In this document: positions 26,094-39,183 of the stretch, in pieces
How positions within the stretch are numbered: the first letter of the stretch is position 1
Layout: the number at the start of each line of letters is the position of its first letter
Assembly (NCBI GenBank): GCA_964016885.1
Contig: OZ024740.1
Span: forward strand, 274,288,001-274,352,000
Direction of reading: 5' to 3'
Source of the DNA: Eledone cirrhosa
Lineage: Eukaryota
DNA: 64,000 nt
Made by a program: the position numbers and the translations under genes
Notes under the pieces: generated by a model
Seen by the model: only the letters and a program-made list of their open reading frames with translations
Database searches by the model: none
Told to the model about the DNA's origin: nothing

Positions 26094-26181
26094 TTATTTT
26101 TACTCCAATAATTTGTTGAGTGCTTTATATCAGTTATAAAAATATTTGCTTGTTGTATCCCAGCAATTTAAATAGAACTTC

Positions 26182-26225
<44 letters not shown>

Positions 26226-26272
26226 AAGAGTGAAGAATAACATGGTCGGCTGTACAAAAAGGGTTTTATTTA

Positions 26273-26383
26273 CAGTATTAACAATTGTTTCATTTGGGGA
26301 GTCTAAAGGCCGCTGATCACTTGAAATTGTATCACTCGACGTTAAATACAGTGTGCGTCTCTGATCAATTCATCGGAATACTG
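26273..26383 (-). ncRNA. Hammerhead ribozyme with CCGAUGA core and long stem II insertion
   Basis: Minus strand CAGTATT-CCGATGA-(~80 nt)-GAAA-CAATTG-TT-AATACTG: 7-bp stem I and palindromic stem III. Confidence 0.65.
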
Positions 26384-26883
26384 GAGGGTGTAACACATGG
26401 CACTGGATACATCAGAGAATCAAGTGAATGAAAATAATAAAACCAATAATAAAAGATAATAAAAAATAATAAAAAAAAGTATAAAAAATAAAAATGAAAA
26501 TGATAAAGATGTAAAAAAATAAGTTAAAAACACGGTTACTGACATTAGTAGTAGTGGTGGTGGTAGTTGAAGCTATAATGGCGGGTAAGTGGATGTGTAA
26601 AATAGTGATGACATTAATGACAACAATAACATGAAAAGAACTACGATATATGATAGGTGAAATGTAGTGTATTGAGTTCATGAATTGGCGAAATAAAAAT
26701 GCAAAAAGTACCAAAAATATCAGAGGATTAAAATAAAAAATAAAAAGTAAGAGAGAAAGATATAAAGAACAGGAGCTAGAGAATAAAGGATAAGGATTTG
26801 AGGATTAGACAAAGGGTACGACTAAGAATTGATAATTCTTAGAGTTCACTTCGATTAGACTTCATGGACTTTTCTTGTTGTTT

Positions 26884-26931
<48 letters not shown>

Positions 26932-26937
26932 CTTTGT

Positions 26938-27000
26938 CCGATGAACGAATGAGGACGTTTTTGTATTCGTCTTATTCAGGAAACCTCTGGTAATGAGGTA
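26938..27000 (+). ncRNA. Hammerhead-like motif, stem I not evident
   Basis: CCGATGA, stem II GAATGAGGACG/CGTCTTATTC, GAAA, stem III ACCTC/GAGGT, GUA triplet. Confidence 0.55.
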
Positions 27001-27159
27001 ATTATATTGTATTGTTTATTATACATTAAATTTAGCTCTGGTACTTACATAGAGCACTCTTCACTCATATGACTTTTTCAATTTTCAACGTAAACTTCAA
27101 TACTTATATATATATATATATAAATTTAATTTCTGTTTTTGTTGTTTTATTATATATAT

Positions 27160-27203
<44 letters not shown>

Positions 27204-29639
27204 AAACAACAAAAACAGAAATTAAACCAGACAAGTCCATGAAGTCTAATCGGAGTGAACTCTAAGAATTATCAATGAAAAAATATAAGAACATTTTTTC
27301 CATTGTCAAACTGGATCATTCAAAAGCTGTAGAATAAAGGCAGGAATAAAAAGTTTCATTTTTGCTATGTTAAATTAATTAATCCATAAAATGCAACGAA
27401 AAATAACATAATAAAATAAGAAATTAAAGAAGACAATAGAAGACAATCTAAACTATAATAAAGGAAGGTCTGCGGGATTGTGTACGGTTTATTTTTTTTA
27501 ATCCCATTTGTAAAATAAGTTGGATTACTTTGAATAAATAATTGTTTCTACTTTAGGCACAAGGCCAGCAATTACCCAGTACATTACTAGTATTTTATGT
27601 TATCGACCCCGTAAGGATGAAAGGCAAAGTTAACCTCGGCGGGATTTGAAATAAGTTGGATTACTTTGAATAATGAATGAATATTACATAATTTATCTAC
27701 TAAATTTTGTGGCTGTTGATTAAATATATTTTGTTTATTTAAAGATTCACTTCTTTAAAATTTCTGAAATGTCAACACTTCCGGTTGGCCCTCACTTAAA
27801 TAAACATACTAATTTTCTGTCACTAATTTTCTCCTAATGCAGTTTATATATATCGTCTTTTTTAATGTATCATGGATTACATTACTGATTAAATAAGACA
27901 GTGTAATGCAGTCTTCGTTCAATTTCAATGTATATTGTCAATTACGATTTTATTTGATGTATCATATCTACATGTATATATACTTGCATATAATATCAAT
28001 ATACACACTACACATACTAGCAGAAAACCACCCGAGCGGTGGTTTTTCTGCTAGTTACTATAACATTTCTGGATGCAAAGACCTAATAAAATTAAAGGTT
28101 ATATGTTTAGTGGACACTTATAAAGCTATATAGTATAAGAAGTATTTTGGGTCTGTTAATGATAGGGGCTGCAATCCTATTATATCATTATCTTCTTTTT
28201 GCTAACAGAAGGTAACATTTGGATTTGGAATGAACAGTGATAAAACAGATTTGGAGTATGAATAAAACAAAAAAAACAAAAAAAAAAAGAACAAATAATA
28301 ATTGTTGCAGTGGTTCAAATAAAAGAAAAAGAACAAAATTGTTTAAAAAAAAAAAAAAAAAATATGACAAGCACAAAATTATTTGCCAAAAGACATCTCG
28401 TTTAGAAAAAGTATACTGTATATCTGTACGTCATAGGAGAGGATTAAAAAATGGTGTCACCAGGAAGAACAGAATAGTAACCAACCATGAAACACTGCTT
28501 CTAAATGGTTTGCATAAAGTGTATAACATATATATATATAGAATAAGGAAATACTAAGTAGTTTAGATGATAAAGTCCTTTACTGATAAGGCTGTGATTC
28601 ATTTGTATTTCCTTATTCTAAAAATACTCTGTCACTCCTATGTGGAAAATGCACATTGAGTTCTCGAATTGAATTACATCAATGTTTTACCATATATATA
28701 TATATATATTCTCTATTTCTCTATTTACTGCTATAATAAAACAACAAAAACAGAGAGAGCACATTTCTTTATACATGAGAAAACAATAAAAAAACAAACT
28801 ATTGTTTTCTCATGTATAAAGAAATGTGCTCTTTTTTATTTTAACTTATTATACTAATCAGTCTATGATTATTTAGAATATTTTTCTAAACCAAGTGGAG
28901 TTACTTGCAATATGTTTCTACATGTATCAAACGCCTTCCTCTCTGTTCATTCTGGATTGATTTTTGATGTCTCTCTAAAGTAAAAAGAAAAGAAAAGTAA
29001 CTCATTTGAGTTACTGAAAAAAATATAGAAATGTATGTAACACATAAACAGTCATTGAAAATAATAAAATACCACTCAAAATGTTATACCCAAACATCAT
29101 AATTTTGCAGACTCAAATTTAAAATTAAGGTGCAATATCAATTGTCTATAAAGCAATTTATTATAAAAAAAATTGAACTTTAAACAAATGACTGTTTAAT
29201 ATTAATAACTGTTAATATCATGACTCAGATACAAATATTTAAACTACAGTTGTATTTTGCTTTAACATCTACCAACGTTATTTTCCAAACTCAAGAAAGC
29301 ATTTAAATATAAGTTTAAAACTAGTGGCAACAGAGGGCAGTTCCAGTTATATCCTGTCAACTAAATTTCCATACAGTTTAAATACACATGTCTCTGATAT
29401 CTGAATGGCTAAATTTCAGCAGAGGGGCACCCAGAAGTCATGACCATATCCTTGCATGTCATAAGAAGTGACTAAAAGAGTTAGTATAAGGAAGGACAAC
29501 AAGTTGTAAAATATTGCTTTCAAAAGGCCTGTCTAGCACATGCAAGCATGGTGATGATAATTACTGCCCCTAATTGTCATTTCATACATTTTAACAAACT
29601 TCATATCAAATTTGAAATGTCAAGTTATTCCTAACTTGT

Positions 29640-29925
29640 TGGTATGTATTTACTGCTAAGTTGGTTGAAACAGTAAAGAAAAGGAAACTTCATTATTTTG
29701 GTCATGTGATCAGGGTCGTAAATTTGTCTATCCACATCCTTGAGTAACGAATACAGGGAAAAAGGGCCAGAGGTCGGCAGAAAAGAAGATGGACAGAGGA
29801 TATTAAGAAATGGATAGGAAGGAGTTTGGTAGAATGTACGGCAATAGCAAGAAACAAGAAAAGATGAAAAGTGCTGGTCCATAAGTCCATGATCCCTGAC
29901 CCTCAGGTATGAGGATGGGATGAGA
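29640..29925 (+). mobile_element. Degenerate 3' fragment of another RTE-like LINE
   Basis: KLHYFGHVIR and GKRARGRQKRRWTEDIKKW motifs. Confidence 0.65.
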
Positions 29926-32900
29926 AGGAAGGAATGATTAGAATAGAGAAAACATGGTATTTTGAAAGTAAAGTATATTGACCACAAATAAATTGCAGAG
30001 TAGTTAACAGGCTGTGAGTTGTCAACCATTAAGTTAATTATTCATTATCATATTGATAGTCATTTACTATCCTCTAGAAATGAAGGTAATTAATAATCCA
30101 GAACTCTGAGACCCCTCCAGTAATAAATTTTCTGATAGAAATTTAGATAACTAATGGTATGGTATGATATGGTGTTATACCATTATTGAATAGAATGTAA
30201 ATTCCAGTAACATTGGCAAGTGAAATAACCGATAAAAAGAAGAAAAAAATGTCAGCCATTACATCAAGGTAACTAACCGTAGGCTATTTCAACGGAGTAG
30301 ACAATGTTCTCTTTGACACAGTGTCTTCGATTCTTCTAAGGTCAATAAATATGGCCACTTAGGTGTGGGCAGCTGGAGGTGGTTTGGAATCATCAGTGCA
30401 ACTGATATTGTTATATCTTTTCTCATCATGTTATTATCTTTCTATTTATATTGGTTTTGTTGGAGGTTTTACCTGAAGCTGCTACTCATTTTCTTATTAT
30501 TGTTTATGCTGATTCTAATACAGTTGTTATTTTTGATGTAACATATCCTTCTAAAGATTTTGTTGTATTTTTATTATTTTACTTCCTTATTGTTGACAAT
30601 GTTGTGATTGTTGTTCCTACAGTTGTTATCATGGGCTCCATTGTTTTTATAAGATACCTTTGGTTTGTTTATTTAATTGTTTTTGTTGTTTTAGTTTTGT
30701 GTAACTGCTGCTGTTTGCTGTGTTTTTCTCTTTGTTTTGTTTGTTATTTTTACTCTCAAATGTTTTTATCATTGTTGTTTATTTTGTTCTTCTTTTGGTC
30801 ATTATTTTTGTTTTCATTATTTTATATTTTAACTTGTATTAATATTGGTGGTTTTTTTCTTCTTAGCTAGTATCAGTATTATTCTTTGGGTATTAGTATC
30901 ATTGGGGCTGGTTGTAGAAGTGATGGGATTAAATCCAGAAGTTGGTGACTGCTTGATGTTGGCAGCAGTGCTTGTGGATGAAATGAAGCTGGTACAGATT
31001 CTACTGATTAGGAATGTAATATTTGAATATAATATTTGGAGTAGTGGTTATTATTGTTAGTGATGCTAGTTAATCGCAGGATGGCTTCACAAAGCAAAGC
31101 TAGACATAAAGCTTTTGAACCTTGACCACCATGTTTAAGTTATAGTGTTAATGGGATGGTGTTGTTGGTAATGGTGGGAGTGATTTTAATAATGTAAGGA
31201 GCTTTGTATTTTCAGTTGTGAATGTTGGTGAAATCATTGGTGGTGGTTGTAGCCATGGTGATGGTGGTATGTTTGGCATTAGTTTGTTGAACAAAAATGT
31301 TGAAATCGAGAACAGTGGCTCTATGCAACATTATGGAAATGTTCAAGTAGCAACCAGCACCACAAAGCTTTAGGGCTAAAAAATATACATATATATATAT
31401 ATACAGAAAACTTACAATTTCTTTTTTTATTGTTGATGTTGCTGTTGGTATTGCTTTTATGTCAAAGAGAACAACTGATATTTTGTGCTCATGTATTTTA
31501 TTTGTTTTTGTATTTTTCTGTGTAAAGGGATTTCAGCAGATTCTTCCTTAGAAAATTTAATAAAAACGCATTGATAAATAAGAAACTCACATCGATTGTA
31601 ACAATAACAACTGCAGCAACAGAAACAATGAAAAGTAACAACAAAAAATACATCAATAAAAAACAAAAATAAAATCAAAATGTCAACTGAGAATCTGTAG
31701 AGCAAGTGTGTAAACTGAAATCTTACACCAAACTCTCTATATAATATTTTTACAAATTACAAAGAACTATATGGCTGTGAATTTACTTGTGGTTTCTATA
31801 GTATTAAATGAATCAACAAAGATATGGCTGAGTGGTAATGAAGTTTGTTTCACAATCATGAGGTCCAGCATTGGATACTACTTCATGATATCTTGGACAA
31901 GTGTCTCTCACCATAACTTAAGGATGAGCAAATAATTGTGAGTGAAATTGAATACACAGAAACTGCATGGAAACAAATTGCATGAATTACACTTGTAATT
32001 CAATGGTCCTACCTTGTCACATATTGTCACACCGATTTAGCTTAAGAATTATAATAAGACTATAAATGTCTGTGAAATACTCTGTCACTTACATATTAAT
32101 ATAAAGAGAAGGGCATGTGTTTGATTAAAAAAACAAAATCTTCATTCTCAAAACCATGTTGTTCGTGTATTTTTAACATATCTAGCCCTCAAAACCATCT
32201 GAAAGTATTTATGTTTTAGGGACATGGGGTGGTAGCACTCAGTCTCTTCTAAATTCTAACCATTACCTTAACTACCTGTAAGACTATTCCTAACTACCCC
32301 TATATGAGAGAAGTGTCATTGGCTCATTTATTCAAATTAAAAACACTTTCATTTTTGATTATATGAATTTCAGTATGGCTTTGAATCAAATAAGGGGATT
32401 TGAATATTTTTGATGTTTTCTAAAATATTCTTCCATTGCTGATATCTGTAAAACATAACATCTGATGGGTTTGGAAGTCAGATATATTAAAAATACCTTG
32501 AAAATACCTTGAAAAAATTTCTACCTGAACCCAAGATGGGAAGTTATGCAAAAAATTTACCAAACAGACAAATTTTGTCTACAGTAAATGGTCCATATGA
32601 TAGTAACACACACACACACGCACACACACACACACATATATATATATATAAATTTTTTACATAACTTCCCATCTTGGGTTCAGGTAGAAATTTTTCAAGG
32701 TATTTTCAATAAATCTGACTTCCAAACCCATCAGAATTTTCATTCTTTTCATGTGAATTCACACAATGCAAGTGCAGAATATAAATATTTTCTGTAATCT
32801 CATGACATAAGCACATGCACGCACACACATAAACACACACACAAACACACATGTGTGTGTGTAGGGGAGTGTAGAACAATGAAGAGACAGGAAGCAAATT

Positions 32901-32989
32901 AATTCATTGTTTTACGATCATTTCAGAGAGTTGTTTGATCATGTGACATCAACGTATCAACTAGCATGGTAGTGGTTACATCCCTACCT

Positions 32990-33297
32990 GTTGATCTAAA
33001 TTGATCAGAGCCCCACCGAAGCCAGGTTTACACCCTACCCTCTCTATGATGTATCACATAAGGTTGAAGTTGTCGTGTATGGATCTGGTCGGGATTGCGC
33101 AAGTTTGCACCTGCTCTACCAGACCTTCGATAATAAGCGCCAACCTCTTTGCTAACACCTTGGCCAAAATCTTCAACTCTTAGTTTAACAGAATTATGGG
33201 CCTGAAATAATCTAAAGTCTCCCTTTTATTTTCGTCTTTCCTCATCATGATTACTATGCCCCAGCTCAGAAAACTGGGAATACTCCTTTTCTGCTGT
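32990..33297 (-). pseudogene. Tx1/L1-clade reverse transcriptase fragment
   Basis: Manual translation: FRPIILLN*ELKILAKVLAKRL...QTCAIPTRSIHDN...ALINLDQ. Confidence 0.75.
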
Positions 33298-33316
33298 TCA
33301 AAGCAGTAAACCACTT

Positions 33317-33810
33317 CAACCCATGTAAATTGTACTACTATCAGTGCTGCATGATTCCAGGCAGATATGTACAGCCTTTCACCTGTACTTTGCTCATACT
33401 TTTAGGGGAGGGTGGAGGGTCAGAGATATGGGCAGACTTCAGTTCCTATCTTGACGGCATCCTGTAACTCTCCCCATCCAATGCTGAGTGCTACGAAAGG
33501 CTGCACCTAGTTAAGATAGTTTTCCTCACAAGTTTTACGTAGAAATGCCAGACTTGACTTCCGATAAAGTCAAGTCTGGCATTTCTACGTAAAACTTGTG
33601 AGGAAAACTATCTTAACTAGGTGCAGCCTTTCGTAGCACTCAGCATTGGACGGGGAGAGTTACAGGATGCCGTCAAGATAGGAACTGAAGTCTGCCCATA
33701 TCTCTGACCCTCCGCCCTCCCCTAAAAGTATGACCAAAGTGCTGGTGAAATTCTGTACATATCTGCCTGGAATCATGCAGCACTGATGGTAGTACAATTT
33801 ACATGGGTTG
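33317..33810. repeat. 494-bp near-perfect palindrome (fold-back element)
   Basis: Arms 33317-33560 and 33567-33810 around a CCGATA loop. Confidence 0.92.
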
Positions 33811-34383
33811 CATTAAGAGTGTCTTCACTTCTGGTTGCTTGTCTAGATCCAGTGCATTTCCAATGATTTGTATTGGCTGTGCTAATATTACTAGTGCTGT
33901 TATTATTGTTGTCAGTACTAGCGACTCCATCAGAAGTACCTTGTGGTATATTAGAAGTGTTATATGCTATATTATGCTGTGCTGTAACTACTCTGTGTTA
34001 GCGTAAGTATTAGCATTAGTGTTGATTTTATCTGGGTTTAGTGGGTTAAAGTAATTTATTGAAATATCTTTGCTTGTAGTTGAAGTATGCGACTGTTCCA
34101 AATTATTCTTCAACTTCGGTGTATTAGATGTGTTTACATTGCTGACGATAGCTAATAAGCTTGAAACTAGTACAGCGTTCCTTTGTCAGTGTTGAACAAA
34201 CGAGCAACGATGGTTGCTAGACACTACGGCTTAATACGGGATATTTGTTTACAAACACACCGAGCATTATAATAAATGTTCGGTGAATCCATACGTACAT
34301 ATATATATATGTGTGCATGTATGTATATATATATACATACTACTGTACGTCTGTATACATATATGTATGTACGTGTACATACT

Positions 34384-34451
<68 letters not shown>

Positions 34452-34519
34452 GTGTATGTGATTCAATTGATTACACAGGCATAAACACGCATATTAGTTG
34501 ACTAGAATTAGTATATGAC

Positions 34520-34939
34520 ATGGTATAAATTAACTCATCAGAAGATGATCTCCAGCATACACTTGATAGGTTTTCTGCTGAGTGCTGTGTTTGTGCCAAC
34601 CCTTACTTATGGTCATGAATCTTGGGTAATGACTAAAAGAATATGATAACGAATATAGGTCTGTGGTGTAATGTTACTTGATTGAGTCCATAGCTCAGAG
34701 ATCAGAGAGTCACTCCAGGTAGAACCACTACTTCTCTGAATTGATAGATCTCAGCTCTGATACTACGGACATGTGATGAGAATGTCTCAGGAAAATATCA
34801 CTGGATAGATTTTATGTGCAAAACCAACTGGTATGACACTCAGGTTCAGACCCCGAGGAAGAGAGGGAGGAGGAGGAGAAGAAGAAGAAGAAGAAGAAGA
34901 AGAAGAAGAAGAAGAAGAAGAAGAAGAAGAAGAAGAAGA

Positions 34940-34971
<32 letters not shown>

Positions 34972-34990
34972 GAAGAAGAAGAAGAAGAAC
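34520..34990 (+). mobile_element. Degenerate RTE-like fragment followed by (GAA)n(TAA)n(GAA)n
   Basis: PTLTYGHESW and YYGHVMRM motifs; compound microsatellite at about 34878-34989. Confidence 0.55.
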
Positions 34991-37757
34991 TTTTCATATT
35001 GAGGTGCTTCAAGAAAACTAAGAGAGTAAGAGTGAGAGATAAGGAGAAAATCAGGGAGCATACATGTATGTGTGTGTGTGTAAATATAAATAGATACATT
35101 ATATACTCATTAATACATTTTCTTTTTACTAGTTTCAGTCCTTGGACTACAGCCATGCTGGAGCGTTGCCAGCAGGTGAGCTTTCAGTCAGTCATAGCTA
35201 CCCGTTGTACCTATTTTATCATTGTATATTTTACCTTTTAGCCAAATTACAATTTCAACTCAACATCAGTCTTGTTTTAACAAGTTTTGTGGTACATAAA
35301 ATCATTTGTAGACAAACACAAAATGTTTTTGAAAATAATGTTTTTGAAAATAAACAAAAGTATGGAGGGATTTGTAACTAACTTTGATTAAATCGACCTC
35401 AGTGCATTAATGGTGCTTTTTTTTATCGCCCCATAAGGATAAAAGCTGAAGTAATGTTATACAAGATGGAAAGGTCGACACTGTAAAAATACACACATGT
35501 GCACAGGTCCAAACACAGAGGAGCTGAACTCCCACTATCATCGCCTCCATCTCTTCAATGTTAGCTTTTATTCATCTGGGGTTGATAAAACAATGTAGCA
35601 GTAATGGAAGTAATGTAATTGACTACCTGCTCCCAAAATGTGTGGTCATGAGTCTATATTAGATATCAATATTTGATAGTGGAAACTTTCTGCAAACACC
35701 ATACAATGTTCAGCTGAATAGTTCATAGGCTGAAAAGTTAATTGGCTGACCAAAATACTCTCATGAAATGACCAAATGAGGTTTATTTTTCAACATAGTC
35801 CCTCGAAAGAAACAATGCAGTTATAAACAAGAGAAGTTAAAATTAATGCATGCAAGATTTACCAGCTCTAGCATCAATCCTTCATAGTCATCCAACCTTC
35901 CTATAATGGCTTACAAAACATGATTGTTTTGTTAAAAAGTTTGCTTTGCTATTGCATGGTTTAGAATTTAACTTCATTATTCATTTCTTTAACAAAATGT
36001 TTTTTATTATATCTTCCTAGAGTTGACCAACCTCTTCTGAGTGAAATTTGGTCAACCGAGGCACTGCAGAAGCCTAAATGTGTGCGTATATGTCTGTATA
36101 TGAGTGCGTGTGTCAGTATTTGTGTGTATACATATGTGTGTATATTTGAAGATCAAGACATTTTCCCACTCCCAAATCCTTGATCTATATTGACTCAAGA
36201 CATCTTACCTCAGCTTGCCTCTGGAGTATACAAATAGGATCAAAATGATCCACAATGCCTTGTGAAAGCTTCCATAGATCTAACATTTTATATGATCATG
36301 GTTGGTTTAATACTCAGTGATGGTCATCCTTAAATGTGAGTGGACAGCTGTCATCGTATAGGCAAAATATATGCATATTGATGAGAAAACCAATAAATGA
36401 AAAATCTATGTTGTATATATTTTGCCCTATGTATACAGACACTCTCCCTTGTCACCCACACCACTGAAATAGACTGAACTTGTGACTGGCCCATTGGAAA
36501 CCTTAAAACTAGAGGAAATATTTCTTTCAATTGCTTAACAATTTGACACTTCAGATAAACATTTGTAGATAAAAGTTTCCGAAAAATAGTGTGGCCTTTT
36601 TCAGTTTTTGCTTATATTTAGATGACTCAAAATATACGGCTGCCATTTTAAAGATGTCATAGAAATTCTTGGAGATTTGTTTACTACATTGAACAAGGTA
36701 ACTAAATATGTAGAATTTAACTTGTTAAGTTGTGGTATTTAGTCTTACTTTGAAATTATTTATGTCATTAGTGTCTATGGTGGTTCTTTTAGTGTTGGTA
36801 TTGATGATGATGTTTGAGGCAAACATCTGTTGAATGCTTATTTACAGCAGAGATAATTATGGTGATGATGTTAATGTTGAAAGAATTGCTAATAGTGAGA
36901 GTGATGATGGTTATGAAGTAGAAATACAGGAAATTGTATGTGACATAACACACCATATATGACTGACTCTGTGGGTATGTATATATATATATGTATGTTT
37001 TCTAACACTGTTTCTATATCTGAGAATAACTATACACACACACATATATATATATACATACATACATACATATATATATATAAGTATTCACATGTACACA
37101 CACACATATATATACACACATATATATATATATACTTACACATATATATATATACACATATGTACATATGGGCGATATCGAATATTAATATTTTTGATAC
37201 GTTTGTAAACAAACAGCCCAATTTGAAGCTGTGGTGTGCCAGTGACCGATTGTCACCTGTTTGTTCAACATGTTTGTTGAGGAACAATCAACATCTTTCT
37301 GGGTCATTACACTTCATCAAGACTGTATTCCACTGCCTGTCTGTTGAACGGTGAAAATATATAGTATTTTCTTAAATACACATCGGCTGAGTAGCCTCAT
37401 TTGCATACCACGTGATATATATATATGATGATGATGATGATATATATACATACGTTACATACATACATAAACACATGTACATACAAGTAAATATATATTA
37501 TTCATTCTTACTCTAGAAAATATTAACATATGCAACAAAAGAAATACATGAGACAATGAGGAAAACTCTGTATAGTGATTCAGCATCTTAGAAATGCCAG
37601 CTACCATCTTCACAAACAGGCCAGATTACATTATGTATGACTTGCTTGATGCACTGGATCTGAAATCAAAACAGAGAGGATAGTCACTGATGGAATGTCT
37701 TTTTGTCAGAGTTGCATTCATCAAATACATCATTTGCAAACATATATATATATATAT

Positions 37758-38865
37758 ATCATCATCATCATTTTACGTCGGCTTTTCCCTGCTTTCAAGG
37801 GTGGGATGGGTCCTATTCAGCACAGCATATCTCCACTTGTCACGGTCCTTCGTCAACTCCAAGGTGAGCTTCAGCGATCTCAGGTCTGCTCTCACCACCT
37901 CCGCCCATGTTTTTTGTGGTCTTCCTCTACTAATTCTTCCTTCAACTGGCACTTCTTCATCCATCGGTCATCCACTATGTGCATCACATGTCCATACCAT
38001 CGCAGTCTCCTCTCCCGCACATTACAATTTATCCCAGACACAATTTATCCCAGTCACAATTTATCCTCTCAGACACAGTTTCTCTCTCAACACATCCATG
38101 CTCAGTCGTTCATGCACATTGACATTGCACATCCAACGGAGCATGCTTGCCTCATTTCTCTTCAGCCATCGCATATCCTCTGCAGTTGCTGCCCATGTCT
38201 CACTACCATGCAGTATCGTGCCCCTCACATCATGTAACTGGCCTTTCGTACGCAGGGAGAAACCCTTCTTTATCAGCAGAGGAGGCAACTCCCTAAACTT
38301 CTTCCAACCCGTCCTTATTCTAGATATTATGGCCTCTGAACCTCCCTCTCCTATACTAATCTGATCTCCCAGGTACCAGAAGCTATCAACCTATAGCACC
38401 CACCTGCATTTGAAAAATGTGTCTATCAATGTGACTTCTACTGTCAAATTTCCCTGTACATCTACTGTATACGTATTTCTCCCTACCTGTTAGTTTGCTT
38501 GCTATCCCACTACATCTCTTGTGTACTCAAAATCTGCATTGTGTACGTTTTATAGAATTTATGCCAGTTCCATTTTTGCATATCGTACATGGCCATCTCC
38601 CTGATGGAATCAGAGTTTTGTCCTCTTTTCTACTCATCAACACTTTTGTCTTAGCTAGGTTCGCTCTCAATCCTCTTAATTCCAACTGCTGTTTCCATAG
38701 CCAGAATTTATTCTCTAGCTCCTCTACTGATTCTTCTATAAGAACCAGATCGTCAGCATAGATAAGTTCCCATGGACAGCCAGTCTTAAACTCCTCTGTT
38801 TTGGCTTGGAGGACTATAATGAACAAGAGCAGGCTGAGGACCGAACCCTGATGTACACCTACTTG
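37758..38865 (-). mobile_element. 5'-truncated RTE LINE, third subfamily
   Basis: GVHQGSVLSLL, GCPWELIYADD, LHGSETW, RNEASMLRWMC; (GAT)n tail; (TA)n flanks. Confidence 0.9.
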
Positions 38866-38998
38866 TATATATATATATTACCCACTCTACTACCCTAAGT
38901 ATTGAGTACTCTGGTGCATTATGCTCTTTGTTTTATATATATATATATACAGAGTTAGAATTATACACAAAAACATAAATACATATACATAATGTAAG

Positions 38999-39183
38999 TA
39001 CGAGGGTTGACTGAAAAGTTTATAGGCTGACCAAAATATTCTTATTGAATGACCAAATTAGGTTTATTTTTCATGATAGACCCCGGGAAGAAACAATGCA
39101 GTTATTTATAAGAAGAGCTGAAATTAATGCCTGATTTCACAGCTCAAGCGTCACTACTTCATATGAACTTTGAAACCTACCCT
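38999..39183. mobile_element. Mariner-like MITE relic (second copy at about 35712-35903)
   Basis: Begins TA-CGAGGGTTGACTGAAAAGTT with a degenerate inverse at the right end; internal sequence shared with 35730-35890. Confidence 0.5.

Noticed and set aside
30451-31060. Hydrophobic ORFs resembling membrane proteins (also 40486-40740, 26412-26714)
   Set aside because: Caused by T-rich low-complexity composition; no motifs or splice support.
33317-33810. piggyBac MITE or A-to-I editing imprint in the palindrome
   Set aside because: CCC/GGG lies near the ends but no TTAA TSD is present; transition mismatches between arms are expected from ordinary mutation.
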